Positions 50,505 through 50,512 of a stretch of DNA of 50,512 nucleotides are shown here, in pieces. The DNA comes from Euryarchaeota archaeon UBA173 (GTDB lineage: Archaea; Thermoplasmatota; Poseidoniia; Poseidoniales; Thalassarchaeaceae): contig DAJH01000030.1 of NCBI GenBank assembly GCA_002498925.1, forward strand, positions 611 through 51,122, given 5' to 3'. The translations under genes were made by a program, and so were the position numbers. The notes below the pieces were generated by a model. It had not been told where the DNA came from. It searched no databases and was given only the letters and a program-made list of their open reading frames with translations. How positions within the stretch are numbered: position 1 is the first letter of the stretch; each line of letters begins with the position of its first letter.

Positions 50505-50512
50505 TTTAGAGG

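Overview
This is an archaeal chromosomal window with about 48 protein genes and one tRNA, densely packed on both strands. I found no rRNA, CRISPR array, transposase or integrase. Archaeal information-processing markers are present: TFB, topoisomerase VI A/B, RpoN, an L18e-L13-S9 operon, a Pcc1-like protein, a PAC2 chaperone with a C-terminal HbYX motif, archaeal phosphopantothenate synthetase and a THEP1 NTPase. They are interleaved with bacterial- or eukaryote-flavoured genes: NAD+-dependent LigA, RlmH, RNase HI, a DnaQ-like exonuclease, ACBP and a full beta-oxidation operon. That mix, plus a 7.7-kb gene for a giant Ca-binding surface protein, suggests an uncultured marine planktonic euryarchaeon (Marine Group II/III-like); this is inference only. 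The items most worth a second look are these. (1) The ~2,560-aa surface protein at 7530..15260, with a thrombospondin-type-3-like repeat array, a beta-sandwich stalk, a TM helix and a DUF4129-like cytoplasmic tail. (2) An orphan 1,121-aa helical protein at 31567..34932 with an RGG tract and a split C-terminal PIN nuclease domain. (3) An Eco57I/Alw26I-like N6-adenine methyltransferase homologue at 26932..28893 whose catalytic (D/N/S)PP(Y/F/W) motif reads RPPW, with no nuclease partner. (4) A circularly permuted fused aconitase-family protein. (5) An ACBP gene embedded in the archaeal beta-oxidation operon. (6) A low-GC COG0523 metallochaperone gene with an extra C-terminal module. (7) A CATCAGG-type motif repeated in two promoter regions. 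Many ORF-track starts are GTG/TTG over-extensions. I re-picked starts where an ATG or TTG sits 4-9 nt downstream of a GGAGG or GGGGTGA Shine-Dalgarno-like motif, or about 25 nt downstream of a TATA-like box. All homology calls rest on motif recognition by eye; no searches were run.
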